DNA of 64,000 nucleotides. It comes from Eledone cirrhosa. Taxonomy: Eukaryota. The stretch's first letter is position 1; the number at the start of each line of letters is the position of its first letter. This document shows positions 26,827 to 41,080 of this stretch, piece after piece. The position numbers and the translations under genes are program-made. The notes below the pieces were generated by a model. It saw only the letters and a program-made list of their open reading frames with translations, was not told the origin of the DNA and searched no databases. Where the stretch lies: NCBI GenBank assembly GCA_964016885.1, contig OZ024759.1, forward strand, positions 18,972,001-19,036,000. Reading direction: 5' to 3'.

Positions 26827-27445
26827 AGAAAGACAAGAAGAATCTAACCTCAGTACTGGACTGGCTGATACTTATTTATCGACCTTGAAAATATGAAAGG
26901 CAAAGTAAACCTCGGCGGGATTTGAATTCGGGCTGCAAAACAGCCGAAACGATTACCGTATAATATATATATATAAAAACGTGTTTATGTGCTGTACATT
27001 TGTAACTGTTATATAAAGCTCTAGCAAAAGCAAAATGTTTGAAACCTATAATTTTGTGTATCTTTAATCATTTTTATATTCCATATGAAAATATCCGATA
27101 ATTACTTTACTATTATGTGCGAACGTAATGCTGTAACCTTAATATTATTTGACATTACATTACTTAATCGTTCGCAAAAAAATCAAGATAGAATTTTAAT
27201 ATTTATTGGTGATAAATTTTATATACATAAATATTGTTTGAGCGTTTATCTCAAATATACCATAAAACATCCGCTATTCTGTTTAAATCTCTTTTGAACT
27301 CATTAGACCTCTGTTTATGCATATTCTGAACGGAAGAACTGTTAGCTAAGCTTTCAAATTATTTTTCTGTTGAATAAATTTGTTTCCTTCAGAATTGTTA
27401 TTTCAACATGTGTCATAGGTTTTAACTAACTAGATGATTCCAAAC

Positions 27446-27504
<59 letters not shown>

Positions 27505-27521
27505 GGGAGGGGGGAGGGGGG

Positions 27522-27557
<36 letters not shown>

Positions 27558-27841
27558 TTTGTTATTTGGTCCTGCAGCGACATATTTATGTAGCGAGACG
27601 TGATAGTACTATGTTATCGCTGTTGCGTAATTTGGTCGTGCTTGGTCAGTCGCCAGCCCTGTATGGTTGGTGACGTATGAATACCAATGGCCATTTCCGC
27701 CCAGCAGTACAACGCGCCTTTTTCAAAACTAGCTAGTAGTTGCGTTTTAGACACTGGTAGTGCAACATCTCGTAACTAGCTTTCCCACTGATCTGATTTT
27801 TCTCTCTAACATTGACAGTAGTTCGTTAGACGTGTTCAAAG

Positions 27842-28048
27842 TGATAATTGTTTCTACTTTTGGCACAAGGCCAGCAATTACCCAATGCATTACTGGTACT
27901 TTATTCTATCGACTCCGGAAGGATGAAAGGCAAAGTTAACCTCGGCGGGATTAACTTTGCCTTTCATCCTTCCGGGGTCGATAGAATAAAGTACCAGTAA
28001 TGCATTGGGTAATTGCTGGCCTTGTGCCAAAAGTAGAAACAATTATCA
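27842..28048. mobile_element. Fold-back of two 5'-truncated Nin-type SINE 3' halves
   Basis: Arms 27842-27939 and 27951-28048 with one mismatch; 11-nt spacer CCTCGGCGGGA. Confidence 0.9.
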
Positions 28049-28931
28049 GTGATAATGACTACTAACTTTACAATTCTTACTACATACAATGAGAGTTTGG
28101 TTCTTTTGTGTTCGGAGCCGCACTCATGCATGTAATACAGGCATTCTAGTAACTTACTGTATTGGTCAGTTGTACTTGTTCAGTAAGCTTCTATGTAGAA
28201 GACTGCATCTTCGTAAATAAAATTATGTGTATTTGTACATATGACGGAGTTCTCTCAAAATAGGTTGAACTGACCACATTCAGATCATTCATGACATCGC
28301 AAATAGGGGCCACATACACAAGGCGTGTTCACAGGTATTACCAGCCAGTTATAATTCCAACAGCGGACATCATATATGCGAGGGCCGCTCTTAAATAACG
28401 TGTGAGACGGGATGGTCACGGTTGAAGTGCTTTTAATCAAACGATCTGCTAGAAAGTAGGCTAGAAATGTGGCTAGATATGTGGCTAAATACTTGTTTCT
28501 ATTTTGGGCCCAAGGCCAGCAATTTGAAGGTGGAAATCGATTAAATCGATTCTAGTTCGTTACTCTCTTAAATGGTTTTGCAGTGTTATATATGTCTGCT
28601 ACAGTTTGAAATAATAAACACAACCACAAGGATATGGTCCGAAGGTGGAAGAGCCGAACTCCCACTGTCATCGCCTCCATCTCTCCGTATGGTAAGCAAA
28701 TGGGGTCCCACGTGCTGGCCGCCCCACAGCCCCGTGGGACAGAATGGAAAAGGCGTTTCCCCAGAGGAGGTAAGGGAGATGCGCTGAAAGAGCTATTCCA
28801 GCTCGCGAGGCTCACACCTGCGGCTGGCCAGCTCAGCGCCTACGGTGGTGAGTGTTTAATGCATTTACCCATAAGGGATGAAAGGTAAAACTAACTTCGA
28901 CCTGATTTGAAATTAAAATTATATACTGCCA

Positions 28932-29990
28932 ATAATTGTCTCTACTTTAGACACAAGGCCAGCAATCACCCAGTGCATTACTGGTACTTTATTTTATCGA
29001 GCCGGTAAGGATGAAAGGCAAAGTCAACCTCGGCGGGGATTTGAACTCAGATCGTAAAGGGACGTAACTATGCTGGAAAATATGGCGTCCGACTCTCTAC
29101 CGATACTGCCAATCCACCGCTATATACTGCAAATAATTGTTTCTACTTTAGGCACAAGGCCAGCAATTATCCAGTGCATTACTGGTACTTTATTTTATCG
29201 AGCCGGTAAGGATGAAAGGCAAAGTCAACCTCGGCGGGATTTGAACTCAGATCGTAAAGGGACGTAACTATGCTGGAAAATATGGCGTCCGACTCTCTAC
29301 CGATACTGCCAATCCACCGCCTATATACTGCAAATAATTGTTTCTACTTTAGGCACAAGGCCAGCAATTATCCAGTGCATTACTGGTACTTTATTTTATC
29401 GAGCCCGTAAGGATGAAAGGCAAAGTCAACCTCGGCGGGATTTGAACTCAGATCGTAAAGGGACGTAACTATGCTGGAAAATATGGCGTCCGACTCTCTA
29501 CCGATACTGCAAATCCACCGCCTATATACTGCAAATAATATTGTCCGATGCTTTACCAATATTGCCAATCCACCGTCCTAATACCATAGTATTAATAGTT
29601 TCTACTTTTGGCACGAGGCCAGCAATTTGAAGGGAGAAGGGCAAGTCGATTAAATAGATCCTAGTACGTTACTGGTCTTTAATTTATCTACCCCGTAAAG
29701 ATGAAAGTCAAAGGTAACCTCGGCATAATTTGACCTCAGAACGTAAAGGACCGTAACTACACACCACAAAGCATATTGTCCGATGCTCCGCCGATATTGT
29801 CAATCCACCACCCCTCCTGTGGATAATAATTGTTTCTACTTTTGCACAAGGCCAGCAATTATCCAGTACATTACTGGTACTTTATTTTATCGACCCCGTA
29901 AGGGAAAAGGCAAAGTTAACCTCGTGGGATTATAACTCAGACTGCAAAGCATGGCGTCCAACCCTCTACCGATACTGCCAATCCACTGCC
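28932..29990 (-). mobile_element. Nin-type SINE trimer followed by further copies
   Basis: Three near-identical copies separated by CTATATACTGCAAATAAT; more diverged copies at about 29595-29810 and 29825-29990. Confidence 0.88.
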
Positions 29991-30850
29991 CTTTGATAAT
30001 AATTGTTTCTATTTTAGGCACAAGGCCAGCAATTAACCAGTACATTACTGGCCCTTTTGATAATAATGGTTTCTGATTTTAGGCACAAGGCCAGCAATTA
30101 CCCAGTACATTGCTGGCCCTTTGATAATAATGGTTTCTGATTTAGGCACAAGGGTCAGCAATTACCCAGTACATTGCTGGCCCTTTGATAATAATTGTTT
30201 CTGATTTAGGCACAAGGCCAGCAATTACCCAGTACATTGCTGGCCCTTTGATAATAATTGTTTCTGATTTAGGCACAAAGGCCAGCAATTACCCAGTACA
30301 TTACTGGCCCTTTGATAATAATGGTTTCTGATTTAGGCACAAGGTCAGCAATTACCCAGTACATTGCTGGCCCTTTGATAATAATTGTTTCTGATTTAGG
30401 CACAAGGCCAGCAATTACCCAGTACATTGCTGGCCCTTTGATAATAATTGTTTCTGATTTAGGCACAAGGCCAGCAATTACCCAGTACATTACTGGCCCT
30501 TTGATAATAATGGTTTCTGATTTAGGCACAAGGTCAGCAATTACCCAGTACATTGCTGGCCCTTTGATAATAATTGTTTCTGATTTAGGCACAAGGCCAG
30601 CAATTACCCAGTACATTGCTGGCCCTTTGATAATAATTGTTTCTGATTTAGGCACAAGGCCAGCAATTACCCAGTACATTACTGGCCCTTTGATAATAAT
30701 GGTTTCTGATTTAGGCACAAGGTCAGCAATACCCAGTACATTGCTGGCCCTTTGATAATAATTGTTTCTGATTTAGGCACAAGGCCAGCAATTACCCCAG
30801 TACATTGCTGGCCCTTTGATAATAATGGTTTCTGATTTAGGCACAAAGCC
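29988..30850. repeat. 63-bp SINE-tail-derived tandem repeat (about 13 units) with 189-bp higher-order period
   Basis: Unit GCCCTTTGATAATAAT(G/T)GTTTCTGATTTAGGCACAAGG(T/C)CAGCAATTACCCAGTACATT(G/A)CTG; variants cycle every three units. Confidence 0.9.
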
Positions 30851-33300
30851 AACAATTTTCTGGGGGGGGGGGGGGAGTCAATTAAATCGACCCCAGTGCC
30901 TTACTGGTACTTTATTTTATCAACCCTGTAAGGATGAAAGTTAAAGCTAAATTCGGCAAGATATTAATTCAGAACGTGAAGGGCCGTAACTATACACCGC
31001 AAAGCATGTTGTCCGACGCTCTACCGATATTGTCAATCCACCACCCTCCTGTGGATAATAATGGTTTATTATATAGGCACAAGGCCAGCAATTTTCCGGG
31101 GGGGGGGGGGTAAAGTCAATTAAATCGACTCCAGTGCCTTACTGGTACTTTATTTTATCAACCCTGTAAGCCTCGTTTGCCTTTAAAATGTGAGGGAGGG
31201 GGGGGGGGACAAACCAACATTTGTTGATTCTTAAAGGAGCATGTTAGTATTGCTTATGGCCCCTTTCCCTGACCCTATCACATAAGTAAAATTTTACGCT
31301 AATTAAATTTTATATATTCAAATGAAGTTCAGATATAAAAGAAAAAATAAGCTTTAAAAGAATTTATTATATCAAATAAACAAAAAATAAAATATAGACG
31401 TTTGAAAAAGTGTGTGTGTAGGGGGGGGGGCTTGTCCCCTGGTACCCTCCTGAAACAAAGCCCTTGCCTGTAAGGATGACAGTTAAAGCTAAATTCGGCA
31501 AGATTTGAATTCAGAACACAAAGGGCCGTAACTATATACCTCAAAACTGTTGTCAGATGCTCTACTGATTACTGCCAATCCAAGGCATCCATACATACCC
31601 CGTGGCTAAATAAAAACTGCTCCTGGATTTCTTTGACAAACGACACTCCAGAAACGAAAACACGAAGCGAAAGTTTAGACTAAATATCTGGTAGCATGAT
31701 TTACACGTCTAAGGAGCATAAACTAATGAGAAATATCTACAAATGTCGACATTTTCAGAATGAAACGTGTTATAAATAGTTGTGAGGTTAGAATTATTCT
31801 AACTATTATTTCACGATCTTAATTGAAAGAATCTTCAGCTTTACATGATTCGCATCATCACAATGATGGAGATCATAAAATCATCATGATCATCATCATA
31901 ATCATTGAGGTTGACTTTGCCTTTCATCCTTGCGGGGTCGATAAAATAAAGTACCAGTAATGTACTGGGTATTTGCTGGCCTTGTGCCTAAAATAGAAAC
32001 AATTATCATGATATAACAAGGGCGATGGATTGGCAATATCGGTAGAGGGTCGGACGTCATGCTTTGACGTATAGAGTTACGGCCCTTTCCATTTTGAGTT
32101 CAAATCCCGCCGAGGTCAACTTTGCCTTTCATCCTTACGGGGTCGATAAAATAAAGGACCAGTAATGCACTGGGGTAATTGCTGGCCTTGTGCCAAAAGT
32201 AGAAACAATTATTAGCTTAGGATTAACCTCAATAGGCAATTTATAGTTGAAATACATTTTCTTTTGCGTTGGGATATCTCTATAAATCTTACATACTGTG
32301 TCTCTTTCTAATAAAAATGTGCACAGATGTTTCGAGAAAATGTTTCTTTTGTTATAAATCTGAATAACGTTATTATGTGAAGACAATATTGGAAGATATT
32401 CTACGCGTAAAAGTACACACGTCGAATATATTGAATATTCACGAACTCTGACGAATGTGATATGGGGAAAGTAATCGGAAGATGTCGCCATTAATGACTA
32501 TTTCTATTCAACGCTATAGACGACTGACCCCTATATAGCACATAAAACACTGAACTGCGAATGATTTTACATGCGCATGACGTGGCATGGTAGGGAGGAT
32601 CCGTGGGAAGGGATATATTGATTTTATATTTACTTATAGCTACTCTCTTCATTATATAAGCGTCAAAGAGGTTAAGAATGCAAATGTTTTAGGTGGGAAG
32701 AAAAACACGAAAGGGCATTTAACCCCTGATGGACTCCTAGTAACCCCCTCCTGCTGTGCGGCGTGTTTTGGGTAATTTAAAATTGGTCTAACAAAGAGAG
32801 TAAGTGACGAATTGGCAGAGTCGTTAGAACGTCGGATAAAATGATTTGCGGCATTCATTTCAGCTTTCTACTCTTTAAGTTCGAATCAAGGTCAACTTTG
32901 CCTTTCATCCATTTTAGGTCGATACAAAAAGTACCAGTCAAGTATTGGACTCTATTCTTCCATTATATCTCTTTCTCACTTTCATCTTACGGGGTCGATA
33001 AAATAAAGTACCAGTAATGTACTGAGTAATTGCTGGCCTTGTGTCTAAAGTAGAAACAATTATATCTCTTTCTCACTTCCATTATCTCTGGCAGTATCGG
33101 TAGAGGGTCGACCACCATGCTTTGCAGCATAGAGTTATGACCCTTTATGATCTGAGTGCATATCCCGTCAAGGTTAACTTTTCCTTCATCCTTACGGGGT
33201 CGATAAAATAAAGTACCAGTCACACACTGGGGTCGATTTAATCGACTTTCCCCTCCCCCAAAAATTGATGGCCTTGTGCCTATATAAGAAACCATTATCT
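30850..33300. mobile_element. Multiple additional Nin-type SINE copies in both orientations
   Basis: The core TTTGCCTTTCATCCTTACGGGGTCGATAAAATAAAG or its complement occurs near 30.9, 31.1-31.6, 31.9, 32.1, 32.9, 33.0 and 33.2 kb. Confidence 0.8.
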
Positions 33301-33715
33301 CAATCACTGTATCCTTCTCTGGAAGAAATCTGCTGTATTCAGACTTCGAAAGGATTGGGCTCCACCAAGTTTTGAAAATGCTCTGAAAATGTACGTAGAT
33401 ACGGCGCCAATACGTCTCCCTCGGGATTTATAGGACCATGCATGCATGCTAACAAAAAGACGAAAGTCATGAACAATGCACTACGTTTTGGGGATTGAGT
33501 GAACTCTTGATTTCTCGGTCATTAGAATTAGACTAGGTCAGGTGTTCCCAAATTGGCGAAGGTGACGGTTATTGGGTACAGTTGAGGAGGATGTTATATA
33601 AAAATACAAGGGGCTTTACAAATGAAATTAAGAATGTTTATGTTATATTCTATCTTTGGGGTCATTATTTGTTGCCTATTGCAATTTTTTGTGCATATAT
33701 ATATATAGTGAGTTT

Positions 33716-33797
33716 GTTTCCTGATGATTTCGAAGCTCGTGAATTTATCCTTGATCGGATATTTCCAAAAGCGAATGAAAGCCCCTGGAGTAGAAAC
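33716..33797 (+). ncRNA. Degenerate type I hammerhead-like motif
   Basis: GTTTC-CTGATGA-TTTCG...CGAAT-GAAA-GCCCCTGGAG-TA-GAAAC. Stem I is a perfect 5 bp but stem III pairs poorly. Confidence 0.5.
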
Positions 33798-34087
33798 GTA
33801 ATTTTGGTATGTTTATATACATTTTTTCTTCTAACTTTGATTTTATACCTAATTGTGTATGGTTGACGATATATTTAATCGATTTCCACGTGCTATTGAA
33901 ATGGTGGGTAAATATTCTATAGCTGTTGATCGCGAATAGATGGCTGTCGTTTATTTATCTATTATTTCTTCATGGGTGCCTTTTAATCTTATAGCCTGGT
34001 TTGATTGGTTTTTTGTGTGGTTGATTATGCTGATTGGGAGAGGAGATGGTGTAGATATTTTATCAAATGATTCTATAGACATACTTT

Positions 34088-34150
<63 letters not shown>

Positions 34151-34649
34151 AATGGCTTTTATATATATATATACAACTTTGTGGCTACATTTAAAAACAA
34201 ATTCACGAGTTTAGAAGTTTAAAATTACACACGCGCACATACACACACACATATATATATATATATATATTAAACATATGCACACACATAAACACGAATA
34301 TTTATAGACTGACAAATATAAACACATTTGTATACACTCACACACAAATTATATATAAATAGAAACATATATTTATATATACAAGTGCGTGGGTATGTAT
34401 GTATGTATGTATATGTGAAAGTATATATGCATGCATATGTGTGTGTGTGGGGGGGGGGGGGTTGCGGACCTGAATCGGTACATCTGTGTGATGGTTCAAT
34501 ATGACAGTATTGGTTTGTGAATTTCTAGAAACAACGATATAACTAACAACAAAAAGACGGCTTTGTGAATACAGCAAACATTATACTTATAATAAACGAT
34601 AATATCGATTAAATGCCATACAGTAGTATGACTACCAATAACCATAGGT

Positions 34650-35470
34650 CCCCGCCGCCGCCACCACCACCAACATCAACATCAACAACGACAACAACAA
34701 CAATAATAACAACAAAAGAACCATCACTGCCACCACCACATTTCTCTCAAGAACGTACTGCATCAAGATTCACTTTTTCTCTGCACCAGCGCTACCCCCT
34801 CCACCTCCACCACAATGAACAAGATCAGCATTGCCACCGCCATCACCAGTACCACCACCACCACTACCACCATGGTCACAAAGAAAACGGTGACAACCGC
34901 CACTACCACCATCTCAGCGAACACGATCACCACCAACACCAGCGCCACCTCAAATGACAAATAACACGATCACCACCAACGCCATCGTCGTCAACAGCTC
35001 CACCATCGATGCCACCACCACCACGACTCCCACAACCACCATCACAAGGAACACTATCACGACGACGACGACGACGACCACCACCACCACCACCACCACC
35101 ACCACCACCACCACAGGGAACACTATCACCACCACCACCACCACAAGGAACACTACCACCACCATCATCACAACAATGAACACGATCACCACCACCACCA
35201 TCACAAGGGACACTATCAACACAACCACCACCACAAGGAACACTATCACCACCACCACCACCACAAGGAACACTATCACCACCACCACCACCACAAGGAA
35301 CACTATCACCACCACCACTACAACGAACACTACCGCCACTACCACTTTAATGAACACGATCACCACCACCACCACAATGAAAGCAATCACAACGACCACC
35401 TCCGTGACCATGAACACAATTACCACCATCGCCACCATCGACAAGCAACACGACCATCACCATCCTCACT
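34650..35470. repeat. Compound (ACC)n-rich low-complexity repeat with 33-bp sub-repeats
   Basis: ACAAGGAACACTATC(ACC)n units give a Thr-rich or Val-rich frame on each strand. Confidence 0.85.
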
Positions 35471-35524
35471 CAAGCACTACAAAAAAAACCCGGCCCCACG
35501 CCGTCTACTCACACTCAATAAATG

Positions 35525-35555
<31 letters not shown>

Positions 35556-35725
35556 ATAGATAAATAGATGAATAAAAAAAATAACCGATCGCCATTTTGA
35601 AATCTTTCATTCGAAAATCTTGTTGAATAAAACGTCAGTATTTCTTTCTATACGACGTATATTGATTATGAAAACCCGAACAGCGATACCGTTCAGTCCC
35701 CTACGTCCTTGACAATCAGGAAAAC

Positions 35726-35778
<53 letters not shown>

Positions 35779-35799
35779 ATGTGTAAAAAAAAAAGAAAC

Positions 35800-35855
<56 letters not shown>

Positions 35856-35927
35856 GTATCTGTGTTTGTATGTGCGTGTGAGTATATATATATATATATA
35901 TATAGGCATGTAGGTAGTTATGTAAGC

Positions 35928-36010
<83 letters not shown>

Positions 36011-36615
36011 TATATATATGTGTGTGTGTAGTGGCAACCAGGAAAGCTATATAATATTTTCTAGATTTTCCCTTTTGCTTCATTTTCCTCTCATTGTTTC
36101 TTTTGTTTTCTTATATATAAGATTGTGTCTTCCTTTGGTTTTAACCGTGTTTTCTTAATGGTCTTCATTATTTTTATATTTATAGACATTTATCCTTACA
36201 TGGTTACAAATAAAATCTCCAACGTATCCCCTTCATTCAAATTATTACCATTATTCGGTAGAGAGTCGGACGCCATGCTTTCCAGCATAGTTACGTCCCT
36301 TTACGGTCTGAGTTCAAATCCCGCCGAGGTTAACTTTGCCTTTCATCCTTACGAGGTCGATAAAATAAAGTAGCAGTAATAAACTGAGTAATTGCTGGCC
36401 TTGTGCCAAATGTAGAAACAGTTATTACTATCATTATTGCTATTTTGGGGGAATACCCACCCGCAAATACACACACACACACAATATATATATATATAGA
36501 CATATATATGAACTTATACATGCATAAGTATACATACATACAAATGGATACATGCATAAATATGCATCCATACAAACTTAAACATATATGCATATATATA
36601 TATATATATATATAT

Positions 36616-36961
36616 ATAGGAACAAGTAAGACCCCGACGGCTGAGCTCAGCCGTCGGGGTCTTACTTGTTCCTATTACCCACTCTACTACCCTAAGTATT
36701 GAGTACTTTGGTGCGTTATGGTCCACCTGGTTCCTTACCACGTTTCCTTCGTTATATATATATATATATATATATTATATACGTAAGAGGTCATACACAT
36801 AAACACACGTATATAATGTATATATATATATATTATATACGTGTGTTCATGTGTATGACTTCATACCTACGAATATCTATTTATCGACATGCGTGTTGAC
36901 GCACCTTAATCAGTGACAAAGGAAATCTTTATGGTTTATATTCATTTCATGCATTTCTATT

Positions 36962-36962
<1 letters not shown>
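36616..36962 (+). mobile_element. Family A PLE-like end with 60-bp perfect palindrome; shares downstream flank with 64-373
   Basis: 36616-36675 is a loopless palindrome centred on GAG|CTC. 36641-36962 is nearly identical to about 62-373. Confidence 0.75.
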
Positions 36963-37034
<72 letters not shown>

Positions 37035-37233
37035 TGTAGGCTACAAAATAATTATAAAAGAACTATATATAAGCAGAAACACATGTCGAACTCCTCCTCA
37101 CCCATATGAACATCTACAAACATATACTACCATATATAAACAGTTAACCAAAATGGATATGGCCGAGTATTCCACGGAGTCCTATAATTTACCGCAATCT
37201 TTGAAACAGGATGAGCATGATGCAGTTCATTTG

Positions 37234-37292
<59 letters not shown>

Positions 37293-37619
37293 ATATATAT
37301 AGCTCACGTGACAAGGAGACAGGAAAGAACATGGAAACTTCCTTCAGTGTCAGCTAACAGTTAGAGATAATTATGATTTCTGTGCTTCGAGAGTTAGGTC
37401 ATTCAAACGCGTGCACATTAGATTGAAACGACACAAGCAAGGCGACAAAATACGGTAATGTAGTGTCGAGCTTTTGACATCAGTGCTCGACAAAACTTCG
37501 AAGTCCCAGACGTTCTTTCTGTTTAATACATCTTTTAAGACTACTTTTCTATTCTGATCTAATTCTTCGGTTAAAACTTTTATCGATTTTAACATTACAT
37601 TAGAATGCATATGTGTGTA

Positions 37620-38850
<1,231 letters not shown>

Positions 38851-39266
38851 ACAAAATATTTTACGTCCTATTTTATCTATTGTAAAAAAAAAAAAAAATG
38901 TTTTCAAAGTAATTTCGATGAAACCAGTACATTTATTTATTCATTTTAAACTGTTCTGCATCAATTTTGTATACATTATTCCTCTATAGCATAAGTTGAA
39001 CACTTACAATAGCGTAGCAATATGTACGTGGTTTTAAATTACGAGAAATTTCGATTTATGCTTTTATTGAAGTAGACAGTTCATGATATTAAGTGAAAAA
39101 TGCAGCTTATATCATGAAAACAACAATAAAAGTAATAATCATGACTTTCTTGTGGTGGTGGTGGGGGCACAAAGCCTCATACATACAGTACAAAACGTGT
39201 CAGACAAAAGGTTTACAAAGCCTGTGGAGTTTTACATAGTTGTATATAGATTTCAATATACATGTG

Positions 39267-39304
<38 letters not shown>

Positions 39305-39309
<5 letters not shown>

Positions 39310-39452
39310 CGAAGGAAATGTGGTAAGGAACCAGGTGGACCATAACGCACCAAAGTACTCAATACTTAGGGTAGTAGAGTGGGTAATAGGAACGAGTAGG
39401 ACCCCGACGGCTGATCTCAAGCCGTTTCGACGTCTAATTCTGGACTAAAATT
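39305..39452 (-). mobile_element. Family A PLE-like end
   Basis: Reverse complement of about 37-175, with its tail abutting (TA)n. Confidence 0.7.
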
Positions 39453-39466
39453 TTATATACATAAAT

Positions 39467-39539
<73 letters not shown>

Positions 39540-39677
39540 CAAAGACAGAGAGAGCGAGAGCGAAAGAGAGAGAAAGAGAGGGGTATAATCCGGACCCCGA
39601 CCGCGACGCCAAGCACTTTCAGCTTGTGTTCACCAAGCCACTCCAAGTGTGTATTTATAATTTTAGACATGTATAGA

Positions 39678-40246
39678 TAATTGTCTCTACTTTAGGCACA
39701 AGGCCAGCAATTACCCAGTGCATTACTGGTACTTTATTTTATCGACCCCGTAAGGATGAAAGGCAAAGTCAACCTCGGCGGGATAGATAATAAAAGGCAA
39801 TGTGATAAAACAAACTACAGTATAACTTGAATATGTGAGAAAATAACTGCAATAATAGCCGATTATTATAGATAATCGTTTCTGCTTTTGGCACAAGGCC
39901 AGCAATCACCCAGTACATTACTGGTACTTTATTTTATCGATCGCATAAGGATGAATGGCAAAGTTAACCTCGACAAAATTTGAACTCCGTAAAGGGACGT
40001 AACTATGCTGGAAAGCATGGCGTCTGACCCTCTACCGATACTACCAATATTTTATAGATAATTGTTTCTACGTTAGGCACAAGGCCAGCAATTACCCAGT
40101 GCATTACTGGTACTTTATTTTATCGACCCCGTAAGGATGAAAGGCAAAGTCAACCGCGGCGGGATTTGAACTCAGATCGTAAAGGGACGCAACTATGCTG
40201 GAAAGCATGGCGTCCGACCCTCTACCGATACTGCCAATCCACCGCC
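39678..40246 (-). mobile_element. Three Nin-type SINE copies
   Basis: Copies at about 39678-39785, 39873-40048 and 40059-40246, flanked by (TTT)ATAGATAAT duplications. Confidence 0.88.
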
Positions 40247-40539
40247 ATTTATATTTTATAGATAATGCTAACAAATATGGACAGGGGCGCATATGAGGGA
40301 GGGAATTTACCCTATTTTCTCAACTGCTATTTATACTCTTGTAACGGCTACATGTCGGTTTCGAGAATTGCCAACCATGACCTGGTTCTCATGCATGGAT
40401 GGCATGAACACAATATTTAAGCGATTTCAAGGACTTAGATTCCTTTCTACATATGATGCAGCGAAATAAAAAGATGGCCATGCTCACGCAACACTCGTCA
40501 AAGTCGTTTTAATTAAGTGATGCCTCTGCTTGAAGCTTT

Positions 40540-41080
40540 TTGTGAAGAAAGGCTTTACACTGGACCAATCCCACTCTCTGAAGAACGGTGACAAGTATTG
40601 CAATCCCTGTACCTCAATTATGGTTTGTGCACCGGTCGTTTACCTTCGACCAGCTCCCCATACAGGAACTGCCTAGGGATGCGATCATCATCCATTCTCA
40701 CTACATGACCTCTCCATCTAAATTAATGTTGAAATATGAGAGACTCTTTACTGGTAGACCGACTGCTTTCGAGGACTTCAGTGTCACTCAAGTACATTTT
40801 CCAGTGGATATCCTGTATACGTCGAAGACACTGTTGATGAAAGTGCTCCAACCTTTTCAGATGCTTTCGGTAAGTGACCCAAGTCTCAGAGACATATATC
40901 AAAGAGGACAAAACACAAGCATTATACACTTTTAGCTTTGTCTCAATGCAAAAACCATGCTGAGACCATGGACGCCCAACCAGTTTTCCAAATGCATCAT
41001 TTGTCTTCTTGACTCGGACGGAGATTTCTTCATTCAGATTATTGGTCATATTCACAGTGCCGTCTAAATATACAAACTTA
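40540..41080 (-). pseudogene. RTE (BovB-like) LINE reverse transcriptase C-terminal fragment
   Basis: KFVYLDG...AFGKL...TKLKVYNACVLSSLIYVSETW...FHQQCLRRI...*FRWRGHVVRMDDDRIPRQFLYGEL, with in-frame stops. Confidence 0.9.

Noticed and set aside
30269-30755. ORFs with a 21-aa repeat
   Set aside because: They are a by-product of the 63-bp SINE-derived unit being a multiple of three.
34613-35535. 193-aa Thr-rich ORF
   Set aside because: It is explained by a compound (ACC)n repeat and is open on both strands; it cannot be supported as a gene.
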